Shown here piece after piece: positions 52,626-64,000 of a stretch of 64,000 nt of DNA. Both the position numbers and the translations under genes were made by a program. Every line of letters starts with the position of its first letter. Position 1 is the stretch's first letter. This DNA comes from Macrostomum hystrix (lineage: Eukaryota > Animalia > Platyhelminthes): positions 7,750,001 through 7,814,000 of the forward strand of contig CATNEN010000003.1 of assembly GCA_950097015.1 (NCBI GenBank). Reading direction: 5' to 3'. The notes under the pieces are model-generated. The model was not told the origin of the DNA. It was given only the letters and a program-made list of their open reading frames with translations, and searched no databases.

Positions 52626-53154
52626 TATATTATATAAAGAAAAATATAGAAAAAACGTATTCAACACTCTTTGTGTTGTAACATTTAAACGTGTTTAATA
52701 AGAATATATCAGCGTGGAGCACTTAAAATGTTATTTAATTGACCCTATAGAACCAGAATGTTAAGAAAAATTATGCTATTTTTAGAGGCTCACTATAAAA
52801 AGTAAAACAGCTAATCTTAAAACGCGGAAAATCGTAAATCTTTCTACTACCGACAGTCATGTATTTAGGAAAATCATTACGGAAAAAAATAACTATAAGC
52901 AAAGCCAAAAAGTATATTTTTGCGATTGCATTCACAACAAGTAACGATTGGTTTAGAAATTCTTAAAGAAAATCATGTCGTGGTAGCAGTATTGCCTAGG
53001 ACACGGTAATTAAGCTTCTGATCAATCTTTGAGTAATCAATACGAAAATAAGACGCAAAAATGTCGAAAACGTGCCGATTCATAAAAATATCAATGTATA
53101 AATTTGCATGTTGTAATGTTATTTTCCCATGCAAAATCCAATATTTAGATTAAA

Positions 53155-56100
53155 TCACTGCACACTGCATGTGCTAGACGTATTTTTTCCCATGGCGGCT
53201 TTGCGTTTCTCCGCCACTTCTGGTGCCGCGCTGAAGCCGCTATAGACGGCCGCCATAGCCAGAGCCGCCTGACGAATGCTTGGCCTAGAAAGGCCACCGG
53301 AAGCAGACAGAATCTTGTCCACTGAGTCCACCTGTTTAGTTTTGGTTCAGCCACTTTAATGACTTTAATTTTTTATTGCAGTAATTAAATTCCAAGTGCA
53401 TGAATCTGCATGACACTCTTACGTCAATGCTTTCGCTGCCCTTCTTGCGCGCATCGTTAACCATAGCCTGGATTTGCTTCTGTAAGAAAGGTAGCAGTGC
53501 ACGTAAGAATACAAATATTAATTCCTAAATTTAATTAAATTTAAAATATACAAAAAAGAAACTAAAGAACTGAAGAAATGATAAACTTACTCGTAGAATT
53601 AAATACCAAAGAAAATGTAGCTCGAAGTTAATAATGAATATAATGAAAATACAATAATAGTAAAGAAATCCACAACAATTTTATAATTCATCTGTACTTT
53701 ATAAATAAAAAAATAAAAAAAACAGAAGTAAAAATGTTTAAAAATTACCAGCTTTGCTTCAGACCGATCGTTCTTTTTTCGCAGAGTGTCCAATTCTGAT
53801 TTGATAGCGCCCACATCTTCACCAGTGGCCTGCTATAAGTAATTAACAATAAATTAAAACAACTCATGATATGCTACTTCGAGTAGAAGTCTACGAGTAT
53901 AATTTCATGATAAAAAATATTTTAATCGCTTAAATAAGCGAAATTTAATTGAGAGAGTTCTTACCTTTGAAATGATCTTTCTTTGAGCCTGAGGGTAGCA
54001 GATGAAAATAGTTTATAGTTAGTTAGTTAATATAATTAGAAAATGGTTAATATTTTTTTAAATTTTGAATTCATGAAATTCTGACTATTTTTTATCAACA
54101 GAATCGTTTTTAAGTTTTTGGATTTTTTGGACTCTATGAGCCTTTTTAGCTACTCACCCCGGATGTATTAACGTTCTCCACCTGAGCCTTTCGTGTCTCT
54201 TTTATCAGCTCCTTAGTGGACTTATTCAGCTTCTTATCCGAGCCTCGCTGCTTGCCCCAGAGCTCCACAATGGCATAGGAATGCTGCAGATACTCCAGAA
54301 GTTGCTTTGTAGCTGGCTTAAACGAATAGCGGTGCTCAAAATTGAACTGAGGATTTACAGGCTTGGCTACTTCGCTAGTCATGGTGTACTTGTCCTCGAG
54401 GTACATCTTGTACTGACAGAAGTACTGAAAGAAGTGAGTAATGTTGGCGTTTTAAAACGAAGTGGATGGTTGGATGGGTGGAATGAGGTGGGTCGGTCGA
54501 GAGAGAGGTATTTGGGCGGAGTTGGGTGGTTAGACGGAGTGAGGTATGTGTGCGGAGTTAGGTGGGTGGACGGAGTGAGATGGGTGGACGGAGTGAGGTG
54601 GGTGGACGGAGTGAGGTGGGTGGACGGAGTGAGATGGGTGGACGGAGTGAGGTGGGTGGGTGAATTGAAGTGATTCGTTCAGTATAATTCTGCTTTACTG
54701 ATGACAGCTTTATGAAAACAAGATTTGATATAGCTGTTTGAAGCAGCTAATTAACTCACGCTAGAAAACTTAGCTGAAAGATCTCTGCCCGAGTTGATCT
54801 TGATCTTGAAGTTCACAGCCTGACCAATCAGGTCTTCCGGCTCGGCGTACTCATCGCTGAGCTCAGCCCAGTTCGAATCGCATGGCCGAAGCTCGATGTC
54901 GAGTTTGCCTTGATCTTCGCCGCGAAAATCTGTCACATTGAAGCTTTCGCTGACTTCGATGAGGTAAGCTAGGCTCTGAAGGTAGATGTGGCATGTACCA
55001 ATAAGCACAGGTGTGTCCGAAGGCTCCCAAAACGGGTCCTTCTCTTTCGGCAGGTCCCAGTTGCCGCCGTCGGTGTAGCTCTGATACATGTCCTGCATCA
55101 GGTATTTTCTATCGCCGAATTTCTCTTTCGACCAGAGAAACTCGTTTTTATTGTCTAGATTTTGCATGCTTACGCACACCTGTTGGTTTTTTGGTAGATG
55201 GCTGGCTTTGTTTTGTGATAATTGGATATCTGGGATAATAGGAGCATTATGGAGAGGCGATTAGCATAGCGATTAAAGCTCAAACAGTAGAAACCTCGCG
55301 GGTGATTTTCAAATACCCACATTATGATATCGTCAAAAATATTCAACCAATCGGCATAAAAATCCGTCACACGGGCTACATTTTCCGCACCATCCGATGG
55401 GACAACTTCCAGAATCACAAAACATCGTCATCGTCGAGATATTCAACGATTCTCGTCGGGGCATCTGGTGGCAAGTTAGCAGGTTATTTGATTGATTTGT
55501 CAGCAGGAACTTTCACAATAATCGTTGAATATACCGACGATGCTGACGTTGGACGTCTTTCAAAGTTAGTTGATCGATGTGGGTGGAAAATTGTAATCCC
55601 AAATGTTGGAATATCACAAAAATCGGTCATTCGGTTTGGCTTATTGTTAAGGATCAATCCCCAAAGGCACACGAAGATTGTACACTGCCTGACAAAGAGA
55701 AAGTCAGAGAGAAGTGCCGCTGTGTGTGTGTGCTCAAATGTCAGTGGAATAAGCAGAATTGTCTCCTCGCTGGCTGCGAGTCTACTGTCATATTTGTTGA
55801 TCCGCCATTTCCCATCACTATTATTTATATTAATATTTTTATTTAACTATCGTCGTTAAACCCACCTCGGTGCGACCTTCGCCCGCAAGAAGTCCGCGTC
55901 CCGGAGCGGAGACCAGCACCAGTTCAAATTTGACCCGCCTGTCCAACTCCTCAGACATGGCGTTGGCCTCCTGCACCTGCGGATAGAGCTTGACCAGGTC
56001 GTCCGTGAGTAGCATGTCGTCTGGAATTCGCGATTCAGAAAAGTATGAAAATTAAACGCGCTTTGAAAGATGTCAATTGTTACCATGCAGTATTGTGTAC

Positions 56101-59100
56101 ATGTCTGTCTGACAATCCTCACCTGCGCTAGTACTCTTAGCCTTGTCGCCAAGCAGACCCATCACACCGGAGCTCTCCGCAATCTCGGCTTGTGCTTCTT
56201 CAAAAGTTGGTGGGGAGACATCGCGACCAGCCTTGGCCTGCTTGGCATAGTCCACAGGATGGTGAAACACGTACAGGTGATTGGTGCCGAATAGGACGCG
56301 ATCGTGATGATGCAACTGTGTCTCCTTCGTGACCTCCTGACCGTTGACAAACACCTTGGCTAGATCGATTGGCGACACGGTCACGGTGCCGTTGGTGTTT
56401 TTTAGCACAGCGTGTCGCGCTTGAATGCTAGATAAGTAAAATTAACGGAAAAGTGTAGCGAAATTAACGGTTGGTGTAGCGAAGTAAGGTGGTGCACTGG
56501 AGTGAGGTTGGTGCAGCGGAGTGAGGTTGGTACAGCGGAGTGAGGTTGGTTCACCGGAGTGGGGTTGGTGCAGCGGAGTGGGGTTGGTGCAGTGGAGTTG
56601 GATTTGAGCAGCCAAGTGAGGTTGGTACAGCGGAGTGAGCTTGGTGCAGCGGAGTGAGGTTGGTGCAGCAGAGTGAGGTTGGTGCAGCGGAGTGAGGTTG
56701 GTGCAGCGGAGTGAGGTAGGTGCAGCGGAGCGAGGTTGGTGCTGCGGAGTGGGGTGAGTGCAGTGCAGTGTGGTTGGTGCTCCGACGGTGATAAAGACAG
56801 TCCGAATCTAAATTTAACTAACTTGACTCCCTTGAGCTGAAAGTCACCGTCTCTGCCAACAGTCTGGACGGAGCCGGGATCGCAGAAGTGCACAATCATT
56901 CCCGACAAAGCGGCATCCTCATTAAGATTCCACAGGTGCGGCACGTTCTTCTTCCTCTCGCCTTCATCTTTGCGCTCTTTAATCTGCTCCTGCGCCTCGG
57001 CCTGCGCCTGGGCGAGCTTCTCAGCCCAGGCCCGCTCCATGGCTTCCATGTCCTCCTGATTGCGCTTCATGAGCTCGCGCATTCGCTGCTCGGACTCCGC
57101 CTGATCTTCGGGCGCATCGCCGCCCCCGCCACCGGCGACGGCTCCACCGCCGGATTTTAGCATGGCGAGTAGGCGGGCGTTCTCTTCGCGCAGTTCGCGA
57201 ATGAGTTTGTCAGTTGGACTCTCGTTAACCACGGCTCGGGTCTTGATGGCCTTGGCGCGGTCGGCGAATCGCAGGGTTGACAAGGTCTCGTCATAGTTGA
57301 TGTCGGCTGGCGACAGAGCTGCGATCTGAAAAGTTTTTTTTAACTTCAAAATCTTCGAAACTTTACAATCAAAAAGCTTTATAATCCCAAAACTTTATAA
57401 TGCTAAAACTTAATAATCCCAAAACTTTATAATACTAAAACTTTATAATCCCAAAACTTTATAATCCCAAAACTTTATAATCCCAAAACTTTATAATACT
57501 AAAACTTTATAATCCCAAAACTTTATAATACTAAAACTTTATAATCCCAAAACTTCCTAATCCCAAATCCTCCCAATCCCAAAACTTCCCAATCCCAAAT
57601 CCTCCCAATCCCAAAACTTCCCAATCCCAAATCTTCCCAATCCCGAATCTTCCCGATCCCAAATCTTCCCAATCCCAAAACTTCCCAATCCCAAAACTTC
57701 CCAATCCCAAAACTAAAAAGTCCTAAAGCTACACATCCACAAAATGTACATTACTTCAACCCTTCTTATAAACAGTAGCTTCACAATCCCCAAGCAACAA
57801 GATTCCTCGACGTGGCATCCCGAAAACTTCATATCCCCCAGTTTTAAACATTGTAAAAGAAAGAATTTGTAGACGTTTAGAGATCTAAGGCCAATCTCAC
57901 CATAATAGTTTTACTGTTTCCGCCGAGGGCATTCTGCAGCAGTTTCGTTAGCACGGAGTCTCGGAAAGGAACTGAAAATAAAATTTCGATACATTTTTTG
58001 TTACATTTATCTTTTAATCAAAGTTACGAGCTTCGGGGTCGGTGGCAGAGCGGTTAACGCGTTTGCCTCTAGCGCCAAGGTCCCTTAGTTCGATTCCGCG
58101 GCGAGGCCACATTCATTTGGGGCACAGCCGCGGAGAGAATGCTTGGGCAATTCGTGCAATTTACGCCCTTGAAGACCAACCTCCAAGGTGAGAGTGCACA
58201 CTGCCTGAGGTACACTGCCTCACTGTATGAGAATGTCAGGGCAGATGTACACACCTGAGTGAGTGTGTGCCTGTGTACAGTATCTGTGTGCGTGTGTGCT
58301 CAGGAGTCAGCGAAATGGGCAGAATTGCCTCCTCGCTGGCTGCGGGTCTAGTGTCACCAAATGATGTGCCAATTCCGTCAGCCCTACTACAATTATAATT
58401 AATATTATTATTATTATTATTATTATGTTACGAGTTTTGACTAGCTTTAAAAAGCAAACTAACGAACAAACTACTGACCCATGACTTTGCTGTTTCCAGA
58501 TGATTGGTCAGCCAGGGCTTTGATACAGTTGCCGAGGGTGCTGAGTGACAAGTTGATAGCCGAGCCCTCTTTAAGCCGATCTCCTGTCGCCCCAGTGGAT
58601 TCGGCTCGTTCGCTGAAGTCAAAAAAGTTTATCGAGTTTTTTAAATTCGAGAATGAGATTGTAGGGATCGATTGGTAGGATATTTTGAGAATGTGGAGAC
58701 CTTCGTACGTATGATACGTATGGGATACAGACACTATAAAATGTCACAGATAATCCTACCAACCTTCCAGCCAAATCCACCAGATTCATAATAGACGTCT
58801 TGGTCATGTTCTGTCCGCCAGCCGCTTTGCTCTTCTGCGCAAAACTGATGGCCACAATGGTGTGCGCTCTGCTACTGGTGGCGTTCATATTAGTGGCGGC
58901 CACTGTACGATTGTGCGAGCCTTCTGCAATCTTCGCCTCAATCTGAGCATAGCTACTGACTGGTGCACTTGTCAACTGCTCCACATAGAAGCCTTTGGAC
59001 GGGTGTTGGCGAACTTTTAGTCCGCCGGCCACAGATTTAGAGACTAAAAGGTCGCGAACCTGCTCGTTGTAGATTTCTATCATCGATAGTGACACTTGAA

Positions 59101-60113
59101 ATTCTTCGCCCTGTTGCAGAGATGGCTTCTTTTCGTCTATGGCACGAAATAGTTCCTCGCAGGCCACTGGCACTATGCCCTTATTGGCACCGTAGCCAAT
59201 CATTGAATAGGACTTGCCGCTACCAGTTTGACCGTAGGCAAATAGGCTGCAATTGTAGCCCTTCCAGGCGTTGTCAAGGACGCCACGGCCGAGGTCGTCG
59301 AAAACTTGACGCTGTTTAAAAAAATTCGAAAAATATTTCATATGACTCTACTATTAGTAGATACAAAGACGTAAATACTCGAGGAAAGTGAGAAATAATG
59401 CTAGAAAATTTCATAGAAGCATTAATAACAAACTCACCTGATCGGCGTACTTCGAGTTGGCAGCCTCGAGATAACCATTTGGCTTCTCTTTGAATCCGTC
59501 GTGCGACCAATAGGAATAGTCAAAAGCGAATTTTTTGTCCTCTCCAGTGCTTGGATCAGTGATACAGGTCTGATTGCCGCTCATCTGAATGATAAGCTTA
59601 CTCTGGCGACTAACTTCGCGGTCATTGTGTCATAGTTTGATCGAATTATTTTTCGTTAAAGAAAACACGTAAACAGAATTAGTTAATAAAAGCGTCACTA
59701 TAATTAAATGCATTATTAAAAAGAAGTTTTATTGAAGTTCAGGGTCAAGATTTTAAGCTAATATCCAATAACAGCAGTAATTAAATTTGTAAAACAAATT
59801 AAAAATGTTACTTTGAATAGTTTATAAGCAACTTTTTAATTTTCGAAAATATAAATGCACTCTAACTAATAGGCCTAATTTCTTTATACTTAAAATACCG
59901 CATAATTTACGATATTCCGCCATAGTTATTGCGCCTTAGTTTAAAAAAAAATTTTTACTTTTAACTCTGTTTTCTGTCGGCTTTCTATACTCTATGATGG
60001 ACGATTGAATAAAAACATTTCTGTGAAAAAAGTCTAATTTTGATGTAAACATTGTGTTACAAAAAGGATATGAATGGCCGCACACGCACAGCAACTTTAA
60101 CGTTTTCAGACAT
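53155..60113 (-). CDS. kif28: Kinesin-3 family motor, KIF28/KLP-6-like (motor, neck coil, FHA, C-terminal tail); 14 exons, about 990 aa
   Basis: Exons 60113-60072, 59626-59438, 59311-58764, 58612-58479, 57971-57901, 57325-56823, 56427-56123, 56020-55866, 55179-54760, 54424-54158, 53988-53965, 53829-53749, 53479-53423, 53331-53155; phases join to 2973 nt. Motifs [70 protein letters not shown]. Confidence 0.92.
54465..54660. repeat. 18-bp minisatellite (TGGGTGGACGGAGTGAGG) in a kinesin intron
   Basis: Tandem units. Confidence 0.88.
56480..56780. repeat. 19-bp minisatellite (GTGCAGCGGAGTGAGGTTG) in a kinesin intron
   Basis: Tandem units. Confidence 0.88.
57345..57715. repeat. 16-bp minisatellite with two zones (AAAACTTTATAATCCC then AAAWCTTCCCAATCCC) in a kinesin intron
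   Basis: Tandem units with a switch near 57550. Confidence 0.88.
58035..58426 (+). mobile_element. tRNA-derived SINE family A, full-length, in kinesin intron 4
   Basis: Head GGGGTCGGTGGCAGAGCGGTTAACGCG...GTTCGATTCCGCGG; (TTA)n tail; TSD GTTACGAG(C/T)TT at 58023 and 58427. Confidence 0.9.
59627..60071 (-). other. U12-type (minor spliceosome) AT-AC intron, kinesin intron 1
   Basis: Minus strand: CCA TTC|ATATCCTTTTT ... TTTCTTTAAC (branch-like, 59664-59655) ... TATGACAC|AAT GAC. Splicing restores VRVRPF-NDRE. No GT/AG at these junctions. Confidence 0.9.
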
Positions 60114-61419
60114 TTCTATAGCCTTTGAGTTGGTGCTAGAGGGATTTGTGGTCATAAGTAATCAACATGTTTGATTTTAAAAAACCTTATTACTATTGAA
60201 AATGTACTAAAATAGAGCGAAGAGACTGTTTCGCCATTTTATAAAATGTAAGACAGTATTGATTTTTCTTGTGTTACTTGCTAAGTGCAATGAATTTAAA
60301 TTAAAACATTAAGCTTATATTTTTTGTTATTTATTAAATGGAAAGCCGTAAATTTTTTCTATTACGTTCACAGCACCTCAATATGCATACCAATCAGTAA
60401 TTTAAAAAACGTAAGGCGCTAACTTCTACATATGAGTGAATATGAGTTGAACCCTGTAGATTAGAGTTATGCTTATTTAGCTACAATATATGAAAACAAA
60501 TGCGACGCAACACTGGAGAAAGCAATCATCGAAAAGCACTGGAGATCAAAGATTATAAATACCCTTAATTATAATCTATAATCTTTATTATAATAAATAA
60601 TCTTTGTATTTATAATATTTGCTTGAGATTTCATTTTTATGAGTATTCATAATTTGTGATTAAATATAAACTCACGAAGCTTTTTTTAAACACAAATATT
60701 TACTAAATAAACACGTACTTGAACATTGGTTAAGAACTGTATATTAAATACTTGGATCTAGCATACAATATACATATAAATATATGTATACGTGCGTGCG
60801 TTCTGTTTCGATATTGTTGAGTTGTCAAATTCAATTAATCTGTCCTGATTAAGTTTTTCGATAATCGAAGCTTTAGTCAAATCGTAACTTTCTAGTCGTA
60901 AACAAATTGTCAAGCTTCACTGACATATCAGCTGATCTGACAGAAAGATTCTATAAAAATACAATAAAACGCTATAAGGGAACTGGAAATTTTCGGTCAG
61001 ATCCAAAGGAAATACATGAGAATAGAAAAACTCAATATTTTAATTAAAAAAGACACAACAATAGATAAAGCCATGGCTACTAAAGGTACGACACAGAAAT
61101 GCTTATAAACAGAAAAAATGTTAATGCACTTATGAAAAAGTAGGCGGACGAAATTTAAATTTGTCTGGACGGCAAATCTGCATGTGACAGATATTCCAAT
61201 TCGGTTAACGACTTCACTACTTATTGCACACAGCAGTTAAAATAGCTGTAGAAAGTTTTTAATTGTAGAATAGATAATATATATAACGTACAGCCATGCA
61301 TGCAGTTTAGGTCAAGTGTAAGCCAGTCTGACAGCAGCATTATATCGCATGTAACCTTCAAACCTGCGCTTCAACAACTGGTTCAGTCCGTGGACTGGGG
61401 AGTTCGCCACATCATGTGG

Positions 61420-61765
61420 ATTCTCCTAGTTTATCTCATCCTCTCATTCTCCTAGTTTATCTCACACCCAATCTCCTAGTTTATCTCACCCCCAATCTCC
61501 CAGTTTATCTCATCCTCATTCGCCTAGTTTATCTCACACCCAATCTCTTAGTTTATCTCACCCCCAATCTCCTAGTTTATCTCATCCTCTCATTCTCCTA
61601 GTTTATCTCATCCTCTCATTCTCCTAGTTTATCTCACACTCTCATTCTCCTAGTTTATCTCATCCTCTCATTCACCTAGTTTATCTTACACCCAATCTCC
61701 TAGTTTTTCTCACCCCCAATCTCCTAGTTTATCTCATCCTCTCATTCTCCTAGTTTATCTCACCA
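61420..61765. repeat. 26-bp minisatellite (TCTCCTAGTTTATCTCATCCTCTCAT)
   Basis: About 13 tandem units. Confidence 0.9.
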
Positions 61766-61886
61766 ATTTGACAGCTGGATCATTGGCTGAGAGTCGAACT
61801 CCTGACGTCTGGGGCTAGAACGAGCTCACCGCTATTATTTAGACAGTAAAAGTTTCTATAAGGCCAGAAATGATCCAATCACAGCC

Positions 61887-62237
61887 CTACGATTTGCCGT
61901 GCTGGTGACTATGATGATGATGATTGATTTTTCCCACCGCGTTGCCAACTCGAATGCCTCGAGGTCGAGCTGCATCTCCCCCAGAATCCGCGCCTTCGCT
62001 TCGCCCGTTGTCGTTGCCTCGGCACTTCTTGCAATAGCAGGAGACGCCGATGGCAATGAATAATAGTAGAATAGCGATGCCTATGATGAGGTAGTGCCAC
62101 CATTCCAGTTTGACTGCCTCCTGTGCCGCCACAGGAGAGGGCAAACTCAATAGTAGCCATGCCAACGCACACAGGCTGACACCAGACACAGACATTCGGC
62201 TTAGAACAGGTATTCTTGCAATTTTTTTCTCTGTCAT
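61887..62237 (-). CDS. Small single-pass membrane protein (116 aa) with juxtamembrane Cys cluster and His-rich tail
   Basis: Signal-like segment ending PVAA|QE, TM WWHYLIIGIAILLLFIAIGV, CYCKKC, G-rich linker, HHHHSHQH. Confidence 0.7.
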   Translation of the reverse strand: MTEKKIARIPVLSRMSVSGVSLCALAWLLLSLPSPVAAQEAVKLEWWHYLIIGIAILLLFIAIGVSCYCKKCRGNDNGRSEGADSGGDAARPRGIRVGNAVGKINHHHHSHQHGKS

Positions 62238-62924
62238 GATAAATTCGTAGATTTTTCTGCTTCTTTATCAGCTTTCCTATCTAAAAGCCAGTTTAGTCTC
62301 CGGACGTACTTTTTTGGTCTTTATGACTTTTCTGTCTAAGTTTCTTCTGCACTGCAAACTCTCTTCTGATTGGTCAGGGCCCGTGAAAGCTCATCAATAA
62401 TCTTCTTTTTCTTCCCAAATTTCAGTTGCCAAGCGGTAGAGTTGACAAAAAATCAGTAATGAATTGTTAGACCCTTGCCAGTAGCAAGCGATGATTGAAA
62501 GTGGACGAACAGTTCTGGGTTGTAGAGTTTTTTGTTTCTAAAACTATGGAAGTATCGAGATTGGGCCGTTTGCTTTGATTTTTTTAGTTTCCCCTATGCA
62601 ATCGAAAACTCCATCATAAAATTTCCCTATCCCTTTAGTTCTGTCCAGAATCATCAACGTCAAACTTCTATTTTGCATAGTAGATCTAGTTTTTTAATAA
62701 TATATACTAGCATTATTTATTTGCACTTATTGGTTGCCGCTGAGTACTATAGCAGTCATAACCCTAACTGACATTGATGCCAGATATGGTCTATCTAGTT
62801 TATTGTCATATTTTTGGTCATTGAGATGACCGCTTATTACAGTCTAATTAATTGTACTAGCTCAATTCCATTAATGTATTTCTGCAAATTGCTTAGTTCT
62901 GGTTATAAACTCTAATCTTTACGA

Positions 62925-64000
62925 CCCCCATCCTCTCACGCCAACATTCTCGCTATTCCTACTCCCCTGTCATCGTCTCACTCTCTCTCTTATTCTCTCT
63001 CATTCTCACCCTCAAACTTTCTCGCTCCCTCTATCATTCTCTCACTCCCACACTCACTCTCACTCTCATTCTCTTACTCTCATCATTTCACTCTCACTCT
63101 CCCACTCTCACTCTCATCCTTTCACTCTCATTCTCTCACTCTCATCCTTTCACTCTCATTCTCTCACTCTCATCCTTTCACTCTCATTCTCTCACTCTCA
63201 TCCTTTCACTCTCATTCTCTCACTCTCATCCTTTCACTCTCATTCTCTCACTCTCATCCTTTCACTCTCATTCTCTCACTCTCATCCTTTCACTCTCATT
63301 CTCTCACTCTCATCCTTTCATTCTCATTCTCCCACTCTCACTCTCAGTCTCACTATCACTCTCACTCTCCCACTCTCACTCTCATCCTTTCACTCTCATT
63401 CTCTCACTCTCATCCTTTCACTCTCATTCTCCCACTCTCACTCTCAGTCTCACTATCACTCTCACTCTCCACTCTCACTCTCATCCTTTCACTCTCATTC
63501 TCCCACTCTCACTCTCAGTCTCACTATCACTCTCACTCTCCCACTCTCACTCTCATCCTTTCACTCTCATTCTCTCACTCTCATACTTTCACTCTCATTC
63601 TCTCACTCTCATCCTTTCACTCTCATTCTCCCACTCTCACTCTCAGTCTCACTATCACTCTCACTCTCCCACTCTCACTCTCATCATTTCACTCTCATTC
63701 TCTCACTCTCATCCTTTCACTCTCATTCTCTCACTCTCATCCTTTCACTCTCATTCTCTCACTCTCATCCTTTCACTCTCATTCTCTCACTCTCATCCTT
63801 TCACTCTCATTCTCTCACTCTCATCCTTTCACTCTCATTCTCTCACTCTCATCCTTTCACTCTCATTCTCTCACTCTCATCCTTTCACTCTCATTCTCTC
63901 ACTATCACTCTCACTCTCTCCCTCTCATTATCTCACTCTCATTCTCCCACTCTCACTCTCAGTCTCACTATCACTCTCACTCTCCCACTCTCACTCTCAC
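62925..64000. repeat. 28-bp CT-rich satellite (CTCTCATCCTTTCACTCTCATTCTCTCA) running off the window end
   Basis: Tandem units built from CACTCT/CATTCT hexamers. Confidence 0.93.

Noticed and set aside
55170-55859. ORFs 55302-55859 and neighbours
   Set aside because: They lie in a kinesin intron over a dispersed hairpin repeat and an eroded SINE; no coding motif.
58035-58110. tRNA genes at SINE heads (also 30435-30509, 34740-34807)
   Set aside because: A/B boxes are present, but they continue into repeat bodies with tails and TSDs, so these are SINEs rather than tRNAs.

Overview
Eukaryotic (metazoan) genomic DNA. The repeat-laden introns and gene content suggest a free-living flatworm such as Macrostomum; this is inference, not shown by the sequence. 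The first 11.8 kb is a 23-bp satellite with higher-order repeat structure. Spliced gene models reconstructed by hand from splice sites and reading phase: a 5-exon Wnt gene (+, probably Wnt1-like); a 2-exon orphan gene (-); a head-to-head pair of secreted F-type-lectin-fold genes; a 14-exon kinesin-3 (KIF28/KLP-6-like) gene (-); a Q-rich orphan ORF; and a small single-pass membrane protein. Mobile DNA: two LOA/R1-like LINE fragments (RT+RNase H), one split by a young Ty3/Gypsy LTR element with a 5-bp TSD and a deleted 5' end; a non-autonomous Helitron; two tRNA-headed SINE families with TSDs; and several MITE/foldback elements. Many introns carry their own minisatellite. Most notable: the first kinesin intron is a U12-type AT-AC (minor spliceosome) intron, and the kinesin ends in a CaaX prenylation motif. 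Most long ORFs in the supplied track over tandem repeats are artefacts. No CRISPR array is present.
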